NCBI GenBank assembly: GCA_047947115.1
Contig: CP170459.1
Span: 3,840,001 to 3,904,000, forward strand
Origin: Verrucomicrobiota bacterium
Lineage (GTDB): Bacteria; Verrucomicrobiota; Verrucomicrobiia; Limisphaerales; AAA164-E04
Length of the DNA stretch: 64,000 nucleotides
Direction of reading: 5' to 3'
In this document: positions 61,976 through 64,000 of the stretch, piece after piece
Numbering within the stretch: position 1 is the stretch's first letter
Layout: each line of letters opens with the position of its first letter
Made by a program: the position numbers and the translations under genes
Notes under the pieces: generated by a model
The model's database searches: none
Told to the model about the DNA's origin: nothing
What the model saw: only the letters and a program-made list of their open reading frames with translations

Positions 61976-62953
61976 GTGGTCTTTATGGTAACAGGTTCGA
62001 TAAATAAAATGATCAGGGTCATGGCAAAATGTCGGGTTGGTATTTCTTTTGCTGTCTCTGTATTGGCTTCGGTTGGCACCCTGTATGCGCAGGAAACAGA
62101 TCAAGCAAGGGGCGGCCGTCCGGTTTCTGATTGGTATCGATCTTTTGAAGCCGGCGGGGGGGTGCAGGCTACGACGGGTTTGGACGGGGGTGGCGAGTTT
62201 TCTCTAACCCGTTTTGCTTTCAGCGGTTCGGTTGGGTATCGCGGCAGTTGGCTGGATAGTGTCGGGTTAAGTGTCGGGTATCAAAACCGTGATTATGATT
62301 TCAAGGGCGGTAATCTTTTGCTTCCTTCCACTCCGTGGGACCATGTTCATTTTGCCAGTTTATCTCTGCCGATGCGCAAGCGACTGGGGGATGATTGGAT
62401 GGTCATGGCTATTCCAACCATTCGGACCATCACAGAAGATTTTGAGGATTTTGAACAGGATTTGACAGGCGGCGGCATATTTGGAGCGTCCTATCAATTC
62501 AGTCCCAGACTCAAAATCGGGCCCGGGTTTGGGATCCTGAGTCAGATAGAAGACCAGACCAGCGTTTTTCCGGTTGTTTTGATTGACTGGAGCATCACCG
62601 ACAAGTGGGCATTGCAAACCGGTCGGGGCTTTGGTGCTTCCCAAGGGCCCGGGCTGTCATTGAGCTATGATGTGAGTGATTCATGGAGTTTGACTCTGTC
62701 AGGGCGTTTTGACCGGTTTCGATTCCGCATGGACCAGAAGGGCGCAATGCCCGGTGGAATTGGCGAGGATCGTAATGCGTCTGTTTACTTGGCTGCAGGC
62801 TATACCTTGAATCCACTCGTGCAATTGAACTTCTTTACCGGTTTGACCTTTGCGGGTGAATTGAGTGTGGATGATGTCACGGGCAACGAGATCATGGAGA
62901 GAAATTACGACGCGACACCCCTGGTGGGGGCGAATGTTCGTTTACGCTTTTGA
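61976..62953 (+). CDS. Outer-membrane beta-barrel protein (DUF6268-like)
   Basis: Signal peptide, alternating beta strands, FPVVLIDW, terminal Phe. Confidence 0.7.
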   Translation: MVFMVTGSINKMIRVMAKCRVGISFAVSVLASVGTLYAQETDQARGGRPVSDWYRSFEAGGGVQATTGLDGGGEFSLTRFAFSGSVGYRGSWLDSVGLSVGYQNRDYDFKGGNLLLPSTPWDHVHFASLSLPMRKRLGDDWMVMAIPTIRTITEDFEDFEQDLTGGGIFGASYQFSPRLKIGPGFGILSQIEDQTSVFPVVLIDWSITDKWALQTGRGFGASQGPGLSLSYDVSDSWSLTLSGRFDRFRFRMDQKGAMPGGIGEDRNASVYLAAGYTLNPLVQLNFFTGLTFAGELSVDDVTGNEIMERNYDATPLVGANVRLRF

Positions 62954-63161
62954 TGGCGTTTATCTGCTTCAATAAGCAGCAATATCTCGTGGAGTATGGA
63001 AAAAAATGGATCGTTTCAGGCAAGCGCCGTCTTGTTCGTCACGATCCATTTGTTCACGATCCTCCCATCAAGTTGTCGATTTCCTAATGGTCATTTCCAT
63101 GCCACCGTCAGCGGCTGCCTGCTTCAAACCCCAAAACGCACCCTGATTCTTTTACTGAAGC

Positions 63162-63285
63162 TATACTGATTGCCAAAAGTATTTGCGTATAAGGGGCTCG
63201 CTGATGCTTCCTATCCTCACGCCCGCTGCGCTAGGGACGCAGTGACGCAGAGTTTTTTCTGAAATTACTTTTGGCAAACGTTATA
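63162..63285. mobile_element. MITE-like element
   Basis: IRs TATA-N4-TTGCCAAAAGTA around a ~85-bp non-coding core. Confidence 0.5.
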
Positions 63286-63438
63286 ATTTGAATTTCTCCA
63301 ACTCTGAGGTTTTCGTGATGACATTCTGGTTGCAGGTTTGAAAACCATTGTTCAATGGCCCTTGGACTCCGGCGTCCAGCGATCTCCGACGCATTTGGAA
63401 ATCACGCGTATGCCTGCCTCAAACATACACCGTGACTG

Positions 63439-63936
63439 TTCAAGGGAGAGCTGATTTCAATCGGGCGTCATCGAGGAGCGCCAGAGCACGCTTTTGGATT
63501 TCATTTGCGGTGGCGGGTTCCTGCATGGCGTTGGCGGTATTGATGAGGATGAGGCAGTGTTCGATCAGGCGATTTTCGTTGTATCGTTTGAAGTGATCCC
63601 CGAATACTTCCTTTTTATCGTAGCGTTTGAGATTAAACTCGTAAGTTTCTTTGACCTCATCAAATTCCCGTTATGTTGGCCTGCCAGGCTGCAAACCCTT
63701 TGTTGTACGATGGGGCTTTCTGATGTCATCCAGCATTCTTTCGTCAAATGGTCCTCACGGGTTGCCTGCATACGGTCGGTATCGGTTTCATCAGCGATAA
63801 ACTTAAACCTTTTTTTACTTTTGTTAACATCGAGGATTTTCTTTGGGCGTTGAATTTGGTAAATCCCTCGTCGGATGTCGGTCATTGATTTCATATTAAA
63901 CCTTGCTGCCTGGATTTTGCTGGTCAATGGTTCCAT
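63439..63936 (-). pseudogene. Probable frameshifted hypothetical gene
   Basis: Protein-like segments in different frames (...REFDEVKETYEF...IQKRALALLDDARLKSALP*). Confidence 0.3.
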
Positions 63937-64000
63937 GCAGTTCGGTGATCGTGAGAATTTGCATCGGCCCTTGACACTTCTCGGGACCCTGAAAGTACCC

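Overview
Bacterial DNA, probably Verrucomicrobiota/PVC (inferred from a DUF1559-type prepilin, a DUF1552/DUF1592 pair, an ECF sigma factor with kinases, and many secreted proteins ending in an FYR-like motif). Most of the window is a ~45.8 kb genomic island integrated at tRNA-Ser(GCT), bounded by a perfect 66-bp direct repeat (8281-8346 / 54038-54103). The ~6 kb left backbone holds a tyrosine integrase, an unknown gene, an excisionase-like HTH, and an unusual replication-like module. That module is a conserved unknown gene, a proofreading family-A DNA polymerase (no 5'-3' exo, Leu762), an AT-rich tract with 22-bp iteron/hairpin repeats, and a winged-HTH gene; I recognise no primase, helicase or relaxase. 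A terminase-small-subunit-like HTH sits next to attR, giving a phage-satellite-like layout. The ~38 kb cargo includes a sulfatase, an ECF sigma/pseudokinase/kinase cluster, large Ig and beta-helix surface proteins, a photolyase cluster, BspA-like LRR genes and IS scars (Tn3 remnant, two IS1380, IS21 end, IS3, IS1182). The flanks hold ordinary host genes, an ISAs1-DUF4338 insertion and a MITE-like element. All family calls come from reading motifs by eye; no database search was run.
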